From: Octopus vulgaris
Lineage: Eukaryota
Direction of reading: 5' to 3'
Length of the DNA stretch: 64,000 nt
NCBI GenBank assembly: GCA_951406725.2
Contig: OX597819.1
Location: forward strand, 61,070,001 to 61,134,000
Below, in pieces: positions 12,147 through 24,639 of this stretch; position 1 is the first letter of the stretch; every line of letters starts with the position of its first letter. The notes beneath the pieces are model-generated. The model did no database searches, was not told the DNA's origin, and saw only the letters and a list, made by a program, of their open reading frames with translations. A program made the position numbers and the translations under genes.

Positions 12147-12147
<1 letters not shown>
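11455..12147 (-). pseudogene. PLE linker plus GIY-YIG endonuclease remnant
   Basis: IQRALQL...LP*ISTHNP...KCGRPNCGIC...NFTCASENLIYSLTCSGCQEQYIGQTKNSLRKRMALHRSQI...RISKETLFITKYRPLLN: Cys-rich linker, LIY...YIG motif, catalytic R, E and N; one in-frame stop upstream of the tracked ORF. Confidence 0.9.
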
Positions 12148-12201
<54 letters not shown>

Positions 12202-12212
12202 ATGTATATATA

Positions 12213-12257
<45 letters not shown>

Positions 12258-12299
12258 ATATGTATATATAATATAATATGTATATATATATATAGATTC

Positions 12300-12339
<40 letters not shown>

Positions 12340-12594
12340 TCATTGTGAGGAAGAGTGAGAGTGGGAGAACGAGAAATGCAAATTAAAATTGCAGTCATAC
12401 GTTTTGAGGAAGCGCATATTTCGCGTTTTCTGTCAAAAATTTGAGACTATGGAGAAAGCGAAAACATTATTCTCTCGGTGGCCGGAAAAACATATCAGCC
12501 TAACTAGTTTTGGCATTTGTTAGTGTTTTATTAGGGATCAGTTAAAGAATCACTCTCAGAGAGAAAATAATAACCTACAGCATTCATAGTGTAA

Positions 12595-13243
12595 TCGCGG
12601 CACTCCGTCGGTTACGCCAACGGGGGTCCAGTTGATCCGAACGAGGGAACGGGCAGTGGGTAAGCCATTACATTCTTTCATTCCTTATTATATTCATATT
12701 ACATTCGATACGTTTCATGTAACCCACGTTTGTGTTGTCTGTTTTTGTGATGTCTCCTCTTCTTTGAGGCTTTATACCTAAAATATATTTCTTTATTGCC
12801 CACAAGGGGCTAAACATAGAGGAAACAAACAAGGACTGACAAACGGATTAAGTCGATTACATCGACCCCAGTGCGTAACTGGTACTTAATTTATAAAGGA
12901 TGAAAGGCAAAGTCGACCTCGGCGGAATTTGAACCCAGAACGTAACGGCAGACGAAATACGGCTACGGATTTCGCCCGGCGTGCTAACGATTCTGCCAGC
13001 TCGCCGTGCTCGTGAAATTAACATGTAAGTGGCTGAGCACTCCACAGACACGTGTACCCTTAACGTAGTTCTCGGGGAGATTCAGCGTAACACAGAGCAT
13101 GACAAGGCTGGCCCTTCGAAATACAGGTACAACAGAAACAAGAAGAAAGGGTAAAAGTTATGGTTAAAGAGGCTCCTGCAGGGCTCGCCACCAGCCCCTG
13201 CTGGAGCCTCGTGGAGCTTTAGGTGTTTTCGCTCAATAAACAC
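12595..13243 (-). mobile_element. SINE family C fragment interrupted by a nested family B SINE (12787-13006, -)
   Basis: gagcctcgtggagctttaggtgttttcgctcaataaacactc (about 13204-13245) matches family C; family B unit inserted inside its tail. Confidence 0.75.
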
Positions 13244-13686
13244 TCTATAGTGTAATACTGCATAGCAAAGAACACGCACTCGTAAGTTTACTTTCTATTT
13301 CATTCATAGTATAGTTTTTCGATTATTTTTTTTTGTTATAGGACATTTTCCTGGACCGAGTGACGCTTTGTGTCCTCGAGCACTCCATTTCACATTGCTC
13401 CAGTTTACTCGTTGAATATGAGCATCAGCCCGAGTGCGCGTGTCACATCCAGGATGTGAAGTGGGTTTAACAAAGGCATGGGAGATTCAAGAGGATGCCT
13501 ATGTCTACATTGTCTTTTAAAACAATTAAAGAAAGCCTTGTATATGTTACTGAATCACCCTCGTTGGCGGTCGACAGCTGGCTCTTAAAAATGCTTCTCT
13601 TCATACATACATACATGCATGCATACTTACATACGTATGTTCTCTTCTGTTATTAATTATGTGTATGTGTATATATATATATATAT

Positions 13687-13978
13687 CACGTGATCACGTG
13701 ACCGACCAAACTATCAGATATTGCTACACACCGCTGGTCACAATGCGTTCGCATTGTTTTAGCCTTCGAATGACACCATCCCGCTGGCCAACAGAAGAAA
13801 GAGTGAGAGAAAGAGTGGTGAAAGAATACAGGAGGGATCACCAACCCCTGCCGGAGCCTCGTGGAGCTTTTAGGTGTTTTCGCTCAATAAACACTCACAA
13901 CGCCCGGTCTGGGAATCGAAACGGCGATCCTACAACCGCGAGTCCGCTGCCCTAACCACTGGACCATTACGTCTCCAC
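13687..13978 (-). mobile_element. tRNA-derived SINE family C
   Basis: Minus strand gtggagacgtaatggtccagtggttagggcagcggactcgcgg...gtttcgattcccagaccgggcg (box A and B). Confidence 0.88.
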
Positions 13979-14001
13979 ACATATATATGTATGTATGTAT
14001 A

Positions 14002-14294
14002 GTGGAGGTACATGGCCTAGTGGGTAGAGCAGCGGAAACGCGGTCGAAGGATCGCGGGTTCGAATCTCAGACCGGGCGATGTGCGTGTTTATGAGCGAAA
14101 CACCTAAGCTTCACGCGGCTCTAGCAGAAGCTAATGGCCAACTTCTGCTGAATCTTTCGCCACAACTTTCTCCCACTCTTTTCTCCTGCATCAAGCCGCT
14201 CACCGGCATCTTGTTCAAGTGGGGAGCCTATACACCAATGAAATCGAGAAACCGACCCTTATGAGCCAGACATTGCTCGAGAAGGAACAAACAA
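14002..14294 (+). mobile_element. tRNA-derived SINE family C variant, head to head with 13687-13978
   Basis: gtggaggtacatggcctagtgggtagagcagcgg...gggttcgaatctcagaccgggcg. Confidence 0.85.
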
Positions 14295-14384
14295 TACACA
14301 CACACACACACACACATTTATAAATATATATATATATATAATCAATTCACAGTCATACAAATATACGCATGTATGCAAGTATGT

Positions 14385-14665
14385 TTGAAGAGCTGATTTT
14401 TAACAAAATCCCATCCTTGGAATGTAGACAAAAAAACAATGTTACATTTTGAAACTTAAGAAAAATCTTGCATATTTTTACTGTTTTACTTACAGATTGC
14501 ATTTGTAATGTGCGAGTTAGTTGGCTGATTTCTTTTTCTGAAAATCCAAGCTTATCCAAACTGTCAGTCAGGCATTTACTCACAAAATCAAGTACCCCAA
14601 TTATTATTGGTATAAATGTAAATTTGTAAATCTGGATATAGAAGCTGACGGTTTCGAAGCTGATT
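14385..14665 (-). pseudogene. C-terminal remnant of an R4/Dong-like (restriction-like endonuclease) non-LTR retrotransposon
   Basis: Minus strand QLLYPDLQIY/FTFIPIIIGVLDFVSKCLTDSLDKLGF...LQMQSVSKTVKICKIFLKF resembles the 'VPIVIGALG' C-terminus of this clade. Confidence 0.6.
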
Positions 14666-14703
14666 GATTTTCAAAACGATATGTATACATGCCTATACCA
14701 GTG

Positions 14704-14735
<32 letters not shown>

Positions 14736-14744
14736 CACACACAT

Positions 14745-14884
14745 ATACACGACAGGCTTTTAGCTTCCGTTCACCAAATCCACTCACAAGGCCTTGGTTA
14801 GCCCGAGTCTATAGTAGAAGGTATCGAACTGGAAGCAAGCGGTTGGGAAGCAATCATCCTACCGCACAGCCGCGCTTGCGCCTC
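14745..14884 (-). mobile_element. SINE family A 5' fragment
   Basis: accaaatccactcacaaggc...cagccgcgcttgcgcct. Confidence 0.75.
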
Positions 14885-14923
<39 letters not shown>

Positions 14924-15924
14924 GATTGAAACTCTTAAAAGAAAATAGAGAACAAAGCCGAGAGTCTAGATCAATAAGATTCGAAATCAAAGCTTCGTTA
15001 ACCAAAATGATTTGGCAAATAATATAACTCGCAAGTGTCAGAAGCCATCCATCATAGCAACTATTCGTTTTCCTTTCTTCTTTCTCTTTTTCAATTTATG
15101 AGAATGTTTTGAGTATAATTGCTTTCTGAGAAATACAAACAGTACTTCTCTACGAGGATGAGATAAAACCGGAAGTTTTTAAAGCTACCAAAATATCAGC
15201 TGGCACTTAGGAGGTTTTGACACAGATAAGAAAGAGAAGCTTTCCTTTCTATTTTTCTATTTGTCTTTTTGTTAGCCAGATGTCTGCAATCTGATGCTAT
15301 TTACGAAATATGATTCTAGTAATTTGTAGGAATTGTTTTCGAATTGGTTTTTCTGCTTCTTTACTTCCTAGCTTATTTTGAAACGAAAAAGGGCAAAAGT
15401 TTGGATTGTTAAAAAAAAATTAAATGAGGATAAATAACAGGAAAAAAAAAACTGCCAACGCACGCTCCCCCACACAAACACAAATGCACACACACACAGA
15501 CACACACACACACGAATCAACAACAAATAAGTTTATAAAAACATACAAAAAGAGAAAACTCTTCTAAATGTGATTTTACGTTGCTGGCGATAGGATAAAA
15601 CAGAAAGTGGCTGTCAGCCTCGCATATCAATAACGGAGGTCAATGTTCGTTTCATTTAGGCTCAAAAAGCCATTTTTAAAGCCGGTCAAAATCCTAAAGT
15701 AACAACAATATTCCAAAAGCAAGAGAAAATAGATGTCACTCCAAAATGTCCACTAACAATTTATCATTTCGTTTATACTTTTATCTCTCACATTTCTTGT
15801 TTTTCTATTTGGAGGCATGGATATATAGTTCAAAAGTTTGCCTTGCAATCACGTGCTTTCGATTTCATCCCTATTGCACGGTAACTTGTGCAAGTTTCTT
15901 CTACTGTAGCCAGTACTTATTTTT

Positions 15925-16190
15925 TAAGCGTAATACTTATTCTGTTAATCCTTTTTGCTGAACCGCTAAGTTACGGGGACGTAAACACACCAACACCAGT
16001 TGTTAGACACACGCGCGCGCACACACACACGTACGACGCACTTTGATTTTCCGTCTACCAAATCCACTCACAAGGCTTTTGTCGACTTGCGGCTATAGTA
16101 GAAGTGACTTGTCGAAGGTTCTACGCATTGGGACTGAACCTGGAACCGTGTGGTTGAGATGGAAACTTCTTACTACACAGCCACTACCGT
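15925..16190 (-). mobile_element. SINE family A, 3'-truncated
   Basis: aaccgctaagttacggggacgtaaacacacc...ccgtctaccaaatccactcacaaggc...cacagccac. Confidence 0.85.
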
Positions 16191-17660
16191 TCACATATAT
16201 AAAGTTTTCTATCTATCTATATATATGTATCTGTGTGTGAATGTGTGTATGTGTGTACATAGAATGTATTTTTTTCGTTAAAAAATGGCGGAGATGGGCT
16301 TTATGGTTTTATACCGCGTCGGCTTTTTATTTTGCTGACAAATTCATATCAAAACTGACTTCAGAGACTCGTTTCCATTATGCAAGTCACGTGGCTGTGC
16401 TTAAAACGATTATCATTGTGACAAAATAATTTTGACTATCTCGAAATAAGAGAAGTAGTTTGATCTCCATAGTAGTGAATTTTTTTTTCTCTAAATACAG
16501 TCGAGAAAAGCCTTCAAGAAACTAGTAATCTCGTAATTCTATCTTTCATAAGATCAGCTTCTCTCGAACTGGAATTCAACTAATGAGAGAAGCGAACGTA
16601 GCAGACATTTCTTCCCTGATTTCTAATACTGATTGCTGTTTCTTTGCATGGATCAATCCTTTGGTTTCTGTGCTGCTTATTTGAAGGACAAATATCTCAG
16701 ACACGTATTAAATATTATGTTTCATAATCTGTAAATGGGAGCAATTTTCTGCTATTAACGTGTTATTTGCCAGTAAACTCCAAATCCATTATCCATCATT
16801 GCGGTTATTGATCTCTTAGTTTTTCAGTTCATAATTTCCACATGATAAAATTAATGATAATAATGAAGAGGGAAGATGATAAAATATAGCTTTGACTGAA
16901 CATGTTTTTATGAATTGTCTAAAGTTTCCTTTTTGCACAACATACAACAATGTTAATACAGCGTAAATAATACTGTAATAATACACCATTTTACATCAGA
17001 CTTAGATATTAAGTATAAAGTTTAAACTATAAATGGACAAATTGAGTAAATGGATATCTGAAATGGATGTAATTCTGGGTTTATAGAATATATATTTATT
17101 TAAATTGAACGAAATGCAATTCTATAGTTATGAGACTATATATTCTCTTTTTAACGGTTGAACTCAAAGATAAAGTTATAAATAACAGCATGTAAATATT
17201 AGCTTAAAGAAACTGTTTGAGCAGATAAAGACGAAGGCTGCCGTATTCAACAGTTGAAAACGAATTATTTCTCGTTTCTCAATGTATCTAAATTCTTATG
17301 ATGTAAACAATATATTTTATGGCTTAAAAGTTACAGAGCAAAATTAAATCGGTCTCTGCTCTACATCTGTGTCATACGGATTTTGTATAATAGTTTTAAC
17401 AATGATGTTGACTACAACAAATAGAATTTCTACTACAAATCAATCGTAAAATTCTAGAAGAAGAAATAGATTACAAAATCATACGTATTTCGTGTGTGTT
17501 TGTTTTTTCCAGCCCTTCACGACTAACAACAACTAAGACAGTTACAAACCTTTCTGCTACAGGCACAAGGTCTGAAATTTTTCAGGAAGAGCGACGCCAA
17601 TGCTCAACTGGTACTTATTTGATCTATTCCGAAAGGATGAAGAAAACAAAAATGAAAATT

Positions 17661-17880
17661 ATAATCCCTCGCCATATCGCTGCTCACCTATCGCGGTTAA
17701 TTATTTAAGCTTACGTCGATTCCCCCGTGGTATTGCTTTGCTTTTATAATAAAATAAATATGTACAAATTATAAAAATAATAAAAAAAATATACAGTACA
17801 GTACTGTTTCTACTTCGCGGATTTTCACCTATCGCGGGGGCTTTTGGAACGTAACACTTGCAATAGTCGAGGGATTACTG
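17661..17880. mobile_element. pogo/Tigger-like MITE (family of 27061 and 59382)
   Basis: Ends taatccctcg...cgagggattactg; body matches the other two copies. Confidence 0.85.
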
Positions 17881-18639
17881 AAGATAGAATATCAGTATTG
17901 GTTGTTGTTGTTAGTTATAAATCATCCCTAATCTATTATCGAAGACATTCCAACTGTGGCCATTCCATCTTTTCGAAGGAATGTAGGAGAAAGTTTGCTA
18001 TTCTCTCCTTTCTTATTTCTACCAGGTCAAGCAATCAGCTACAAGCTTTCCTCATTGGCTCTTACCAAAATTGGCGTGGTTACTCTTCGTTTACTGGCGA
18101 TTTCTGATTGAACAAACTCATGTTCAAAGGCTCTCCACTTATAACCACATTGTTTATTATGTCCTTCATTTTTTAAAGACAGTAGGGTGTTATATGAGGA
18201 AAATTCTGTTGCTATTTCTAGTAGATCAAATGACCACTTCCAGAATAAAGGTGAGGACGATTGTCACTAAGTATTATACTGTAATAGTTATGAAGACAGA
18301 AGGGAACAGGGTAACAAGGTTGGTATGGATATTTAAAACGAAGTTCAGCTCCGACTGAGAGGACCTGTCATCAAAGACATTCCACCTTACAGTCTTTTCT
18401 CATTCATAGCACATCAAACGGTGCATTATCCGATGCACCCTTCCATCTTTTAAACGGCAAGGTGTGATTTGAAGGTAATTTTACTGTTATTTCTCACATT
18501 TAATGAGAACACATAGAGGTTTGGTCAGTGGGTGGAAGTTTCCTATTGTAGCAACAGTAAGACTTATAGTGAAGTGGCAGATATTTATAGGGCAATTTAC
18601 TTCTATAATTCCATTGACATCTTACATGTTTTGTGAAAG

Positions 18640-18790
18640 TACGTGCTTTAGTGGTCAGGGTGTTGCACTCATGATCTCAAGATGGCGGTTTCGATTTCCG
18701 AGCTAGTCGGTGCGTTGTGTTCTTGAGCACAGCACTTTATTTCACGTTGTTCCAGTTCATCCAGTTGAAAATGAGTGACCCCCATTTACA
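18640..18790 (+). mobile_element. Old tRNA-derived SINE family D
   Basis: gtggtcagggtgttgcactcatgatc...gtttcgatttcc...ttgtgttcttgagcacagcactttatttcacgttgttccag; reverse copies at 27560, 38005, 46945. Confidence 0.7.
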
Positions 18791-18900
18791 GAGGATCCTG
18801 TTCATGGAAACCGAGTAACTGATCTTCTGAATCTTAGATAAGTAATTACTGGTATGTTTTATAGATATACTAATATCTAACAATATTTAACTGGTGAAAT

Positions 18901-19312
18901 GCGGCGAGCTGGCAGAATTACAACTGCAGCGGAAAAATAGTGAGGGGCATTTCGTCCATCCTAATGTTCTGAGTTCGAATTCTGCCGAAGTCGATTTTGC
19001 CTTTAATCCTTTCGGGGTCGATAAAATAAGTACCGTTGAACAATGGAGTCGATGTAGTCGACTTAGCCCTTTTCCCGAAATTACTGGCATTGAACAAGAA
19101 TTTGAAACCAAAATTTAACTGACGCAAGGCTGTGAGCTGACAGAATCGTTACCGCACCGGAAATAATGCTTAGCGGCATTTTTTCCGACTCTAGGTTCTG
19201 AGTTCAAACTCCGCCGAAGTCGACTTCGCCCTTCATCATTTCGAGGTCGATAAAGTAAGTACCGTTGAACAATGGAGTCGATGTAAATCGACTTAAATCC
19301 TTCTCCGAAATT
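18901..19312 (+). mobile_element. SINE family B, two tandem monomers
   Basis: gcggcgagctggcagaat...gttctgagttcgaattctgccgaagtcg, repeated. Confidence 0.88.
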
Positions 19313-19315
19313 ATT

Positions 19316-19690
19316 TTTACTTTTACTTGTTTCAGTCATTTGACTGCGGCCATGCTTGAGCACCGCCATTAGTCGCGCAAATCGACCCCAGGACTCATTC
19401 TTTGGAAGCCTAGTACTTATTCTATCGGTCTCTCTTGCCGAACCGCTAAGTTACGGGGACGTAAACACACCAGCATCGGTTGTCAAGCGATATTGGGGGC
19501 ACAAACATATACACACATACATACATATATATGCATATATACGACGGGCTTCTTTCAGTTTCCGTCTACCAAATCCACTCACAAGGCTTTGGTTGGCCCG
19601 AGGCTATAGTAGAAGACACTTGACCAAGGTGCTACGCAGTGGGAATGAACCTGGAAGCATGTGGTTGGTAAGCAAGCTACTTAGCACACA
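19316..19690 (-). mobile_element. SINE family A, near full length
   Basis: High similarity to 8574-8989. Confidence 0.92.
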
Positions 19691-20225
19691 TAAATTGCTA
19701 ACCTAGTGCCAAAATTCCGAACCAATATTTAACTGATGCCTTGCTTAACCAAACCCGGAAAGATGAAAGACAATGTTGATCTCGGCGCGATATGAACCTT
19801 GATTAAATACCTTGAGATATTTAGTTAGAGCCGTTAATTACTCTTGCGACTCTGTCAATCGAAGTTTTGGAAAGCGGTATTTAAGGAATTCTTAGTTGTG
19901 GAATTCATCAAAATTGCTAGCTGCAGAATGGATGGGGAGTATGATAAGAGATCGTTAGCGGTGAATGAGGATGCTGTATAGGAGGCGATGTAAGTAACTG
20001 CTGCATGATTTTAACATGTGTCGGTGATTGTTATGGGAATAGAGAAAAATGGTGTATGATAATATTTGAATCTGTTTTCCCTTTACTGATTCTGATGGTT
20101 TTGTCGCAGTGGCAGTAGTAGTGGTAGCAGCAGTATCAGCAACAATAAAGAAATTAATATCTGGAACTTATCATAAATTCCTAAGAGATACACAACGGTA
20201 AACACAACAAAGCTGAGAACGCTTC

Positions 20226-20256
<31 letters not shown>

Positions 20257-20264
20257 GTGGTTTA

Positions 20265-20925
20265 AGGCGGCGAGGTGGCAGAAACGTTAGCAAGCCGGGC
20301 GAAATGCTTAGCGGTATTTCGTCTGCCGCTACGTTCTGAGTTCAAATTCCGCCGAGGTCGACTTTGCCTTTCATCCTTTCGGGGTCGATTAAATAAGTAC
20401 CAGTTACGCAATGGGGTCGATATAATCGACTTAATCCGTTTGTCTGTCCTTGTTTGTCCCCTCTGTGTGTAGCCCCTTCTGAGCAGTAAAGAAATAAGAA
20501 ACGTTAGTACTCTGGGCGAAATGCTTAGCAGTATTTCGTCCGTCTTTACGTTCTGAGTTCAAATTTCCCCGAGGTCAATTTGCCTTTTATCCTTTCAGGG
20601 TCTGTAAATTAAGTACCAGTTGCGTACTGGGGTCGATCTCATCGATTGGCTCCATCCCGCCAAAATTTCAGGCCTTGTGCCTATAGTAGAAAGGATTATT
20701 ACAGCTACTTAGAGCAACGAACTGATGGAACCGTTACCACGGCGAACAAATTCCATAGCGGCATTTCGACCCTCTACAGTCTGAGTTCAAATTCCGCCGA
20801 GGTCGATTTTGCCTTTCATAATTTCGGAGTTGATAAAATTAGTACACGCTGAGCACTGAGGTCGATATAATCGAAATAAGCCCTCCCTTCGAATTTCAGG
20901 CCGTGTGCCCATAATAGAAAGAATT
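20265..20925 (+). mobile_element. SINE family B tandem array next to (AAT)n
   Basis: Dimer 20265-20697 plus older monomer 20715-20925. Confidence 0.9.
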
Positions 20926-21773
20926 ATTACAGTTACTTAGCTTTTAGCATATGTATCTTCCCCCAAGCATCTCCCCCTTGCGCTGATTTATTGTCCTATT
21001 AGATATTGTTATTCTTACTGTACAGTCAGGGTGGTTGTAAGTTTTGTCTAAGTTGATTCCTTGTTGCGATATAACAAATTAGAATAATTTTGAAAGCAGC
21101 AAAATTTACAGTTCACTTACTTATTTTTATTAAATATTTCAAACCGATTAATATATTCAGTGCATAAAAGTAACCCTTTCTGCGATGGTTTATACAAATG
21201 AAAGAAAAAATAGTTGCCAACTCGATTTTCTATTCAATGAAAAACAGACATAATTTATTTTCCCATAGAAGTAAAAGGAAAGTGTATGTGTCGATTGTGG
21301 CTAATATGAAGTGCAAACTTTATCGAGAAGAAAGAATACGAAACACTAAAAGAGGCTGCCTTCAGATAAGTTAGTATCTTAAAAAGAATATTTATGTAAT
21401 TGCAGCCTACAAAATGACAAATAATGCGCATACTTCCGTAACACAGGCACGTTTTGAAGTGGTTATGGTAATTGTGAAGAAAGCGAATCATAAACATCGA
21501 TGTTTTGTTTGTTAAAGTGTTGTTGCTGTACGAATTTTAACGGAAAAAAAATTACTATTATTTGAGAAAGTTAGTTTTATCACGGCGTACAGTTTCTGAC
21601 TGTATAAAGGATTTAGTTTTAAAAAAAGTTGTTCGAAACTTCAGTCTTAGTTTGAGAAATAATCTGTAAACCACACACAGAAAAGGAGAAATAATGTTAA
21701 GAAATTAGGAACGAATCTCTCGGTTAATTTACAAGCTTAAGGGAAGTCTGATCTTTGCAAATAAGAGACAACT

Positions 21774-21807
21774 AAAGACATGTTTCAGTCTGTTAGACCT
21801 CATCGAA
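21774..21807 (-). ncRNA. Truncated hammerhead-like motif
   Basis: Minus strand (UC)GAUGA GGUCU aac AGACU GAAA CAUG UC; C3/U4 and stem I lost. Confidence 0.45.
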
Positions 21808-22871
21808 GAAACAGACTACTCAAGCTTATTTGACCAGTTGAAGATTTTTACCTATAACAAAAATGTCACGAATAATTTTTGGCTAAGACCAAGAAGCTTC
21901 TTTGGTGTTATTGCTAATGGGTGACAGAGATTGCTGGTGCGGTATGGTGAAACGCGTTCGGTCGGAGCCACCAGCAGTAATAGTAAAAGTAATAGAAGTA
22001 GAGTGTGCACGATTTACAAACAAAAAAAAATGCTAAGGGAAGTAACTCAAATAAGATAACGGGATGAATTTAGATAAATAATTTAAAAGTCAATTACAGT
22101 CGCTATTTATGTGTCTCCCAGAGCCTTGTTATATTAAGGATGTCTACATAAGTAGAATAAAAACGATTTTTTTTTCTTTTATAACCAAGCATACTCCCAC
22201 ACACGAAGGAAGGAAGCGGATGCAAAACCTTACGTTAAAACTTTTCTCATGGGTTCTCACAATTTAAATGAAGTGAGTGGATACAACAGGGAATGAAAAC
22301 CGTGTAGTCGTTTTTCCTCACCGATGTTTTCATATTGATTTTACAGTTATCATCAAGATGAGTAAAAGCAAAAACATTCCTTTAATTCCAGATCAAAGAT
22401 ATTCCTGTGGCGACCATTTCATCTTTCCAAAGACAATTGGGTGTGATTTGAGGGCAATTTTTAGCAAGTTGATCGACCATATAGAAGCTCCTTTCTTTGT
22501 TCGTGGCATTTGTGTTAGCAAGAGAAACAAGTTATCGAAATAAACTACCTTCAAATGGTATTGAAACCGCACCTGGGTCTCTCCTTGCTGATAGCTTTAA
22601 TCTTGCTTTACAGCAAGATTAAACGGGCACTAATGTTTTCAGCGTGATAAAGGAATCTCTACGTGCTTGACAAACCTCCTAGAAAGAGCAATTAAATCTT
22701 CCTCAAACAATAATCTACCATATTAAGTCTGGAAAGAACATGATAGATACTGTTGTCTTACAGACCATGGAAATGACTGGGCGGTTGTGTCTGGAATGCT
22801 TTTGCTTATAAATCTGCTCGCTAAGCAATTAAAACATACGGTAGAATGAATGAAAATATTGCATGCGAATC

Positions 22872-23073
22872 TTGGCACAAGGCCAGCAACTTCTGGGGCG
22901 GGGTTAGGTCGATTACATCGACTTCAACACTCTAGTGGTACTTATTTTATTGACCCCGAAAGGAGGAAAGCAAAGTCGACCTCGGCGGAATTTAAATACA
23001 GAATCTAAAAACTGACGAAATGCCGCTAAGCATTTTGGCCGACTTACTAGCGATTCTGCCATCTCGCCGCCTT
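22872..23073 (-). mobile_element. SINE family B monomer
   Basis: aaagtcgacctcggcggaattt...gattctgccatctcgccgcctt. Confidence 0.88.
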
Positions 23074-23505
23074 AGAATGAGTGAAAATATTAGAAACAAA
23101 CTTTCTATTAGTTTTTTATTGTCATATCATTGTTGTTTACACTAAGGTCGAAACCTATCGAGACCTATAGCTCCATTTGTGCTCCGCCTATCTTTTTTTT
23201 TAGTGTGTCTTCCAATGTGCGTTTCTCTTACTTACAAGAGAAGGGTGTCATTTGAGGAAGACTTGCTGTTGCTTCTAGCAAACCGTGTGACTACGTAAAC
23301 ATTCCTCAGTTGGCTTCTTACCAATTCTGTTTTTTTATAGCAACCGAACTACAATCATATTTTGTATTTATTTATTTATCCATTCATTCATTCATTCATT
23401 CATTCATAAATGTTGTTTTTCATTTGGCAAGTGATAATTTTACTATCAAATGCCAAAAGCAAAGAAATCTAATCTCCTAATATCCATGAATGAAAAATGT
23501 ATTAG

Positions 23506-23612
23506 GTTCCCTTTGTAACGGCGCCAAGTCATGCTGCTGTGGATTCTCATTTGTTTGTTCGCTGTTTGTCCTGTCATGCATGAATCCGAAGCCACAAGAT
23601 GATCAACGGACG
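23506..23612 (+). other. Candidate host-gene exon (unverified)
   Basis: Unique, GC-elevated island ending in a consensus donor ACG|GTGAGT; weak AG acceptor at 23504-23505; one frame is open throughout. Confidence 0.25.
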
Positions 23613-23834
23613 GTGAGTGAACACAAATACCATTGATCAAAACCAACCACAATACTCTTAGGTATTAATTAGATGGTTTACCGCTAATGTATTTCATGTA
23701 ATCAAGTTTAGGATCCTAATTATGTGAAGTTTATAGTTTACGTAAGAAGTATCAACATAAGAGAGCAGTAGCTTAAGTATGTGCATGTGTGTATAATAAT
23801 AATAATAATAATAATAATAATTATAATAACAACC

Positions 23835-23935
23835 CTTATCAGACGGGTAGTCATGATGGGTATACTGGGCTTCGTAAATTTTACCCCAGTGTCACTTTGA
23901 TGGCATACACTGCTCTCTCACTCAATAATAATAAT
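23835..23935 (+). mobile_element. Short retroposon 3' end with (AAT)n tail, set in (AAT)n
   Basis: gggtagtcatgatgggtatactgggcttcgt...ctctctcactcaataataataat; flanked by AAT repeats. Confidence 0.5.
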
Positions 23936-24152
23936 CATTCATGGATGGAATTTATAAATATTTTAATGCATCACTACACGCGTTTCCACATATCACGTTT
24001 CTTACAATCATAGTCCGTATTCAGATGAGTAGAGTATAGTATTTACTGTATTAAAGTTCCATCCATGGATTATTATTACTATTATTATTATTATCATCCG
24101 ATATTATATCGGTACAACTTCAAAAACCATATTCAAAAAACGTTTCCCATAA

Positions 24153-24160
24153 AGAACTTA

Positions 24161-24214
<54 letters not shown>

Positions 24215-24336
24215 TATAGAACTTAACATATATATATATATATAGTATATAGAACTTAACGGATATATATATATATATATATATCCGTTAAGTTCTATAT
24301 ACTATATATATATATATATATATGTTAAGTTCTATA

Positions 24337-24380
<44 letters not shown>

Positions 24381-24385
24381 TATAG
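24153..24385. repeat. Palindromic (AT)n-based repeat with agtatatagaacttaac units
   Basis: Units on the left are mirrored as gttaagttctatatact on the right around an (AT)n centre at about 24263-24284. Confidence 0.9.
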
Positions 24386-24639
24386 TGGTAGCCTTAAATT
24401 AAGTTATCTCGTGGGTTTCGTGGCCAGGCCATGATTGCCTTTGCGGTTTAGCTTTCCATAGAGTCAGTAGTATGGTACCGCTGCAGCTTGATTCAATCAT
24501 CTGCCATAGCTACCAAACAACCATTGCCACTCTATACACACATTATACACACACTACACACGCACCGATATATATATATACAATACATTGTTCAGTGTTT
24601 TAGGGTAACTTATAATGTAATGCAAGTTATACCAGTCTT

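Larger units (their letters stand above)
10690..12147 (-). mobile_element. 5'-truncated Penelope-like retroelement (Neptune-like)
   Basis: GIY-YIG endonuclease ORF end, long 3' region with trinucleotide tract and a hammerhead near the 3' end; bounded by AT/GT microsatellites. Confidence 0.88.
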
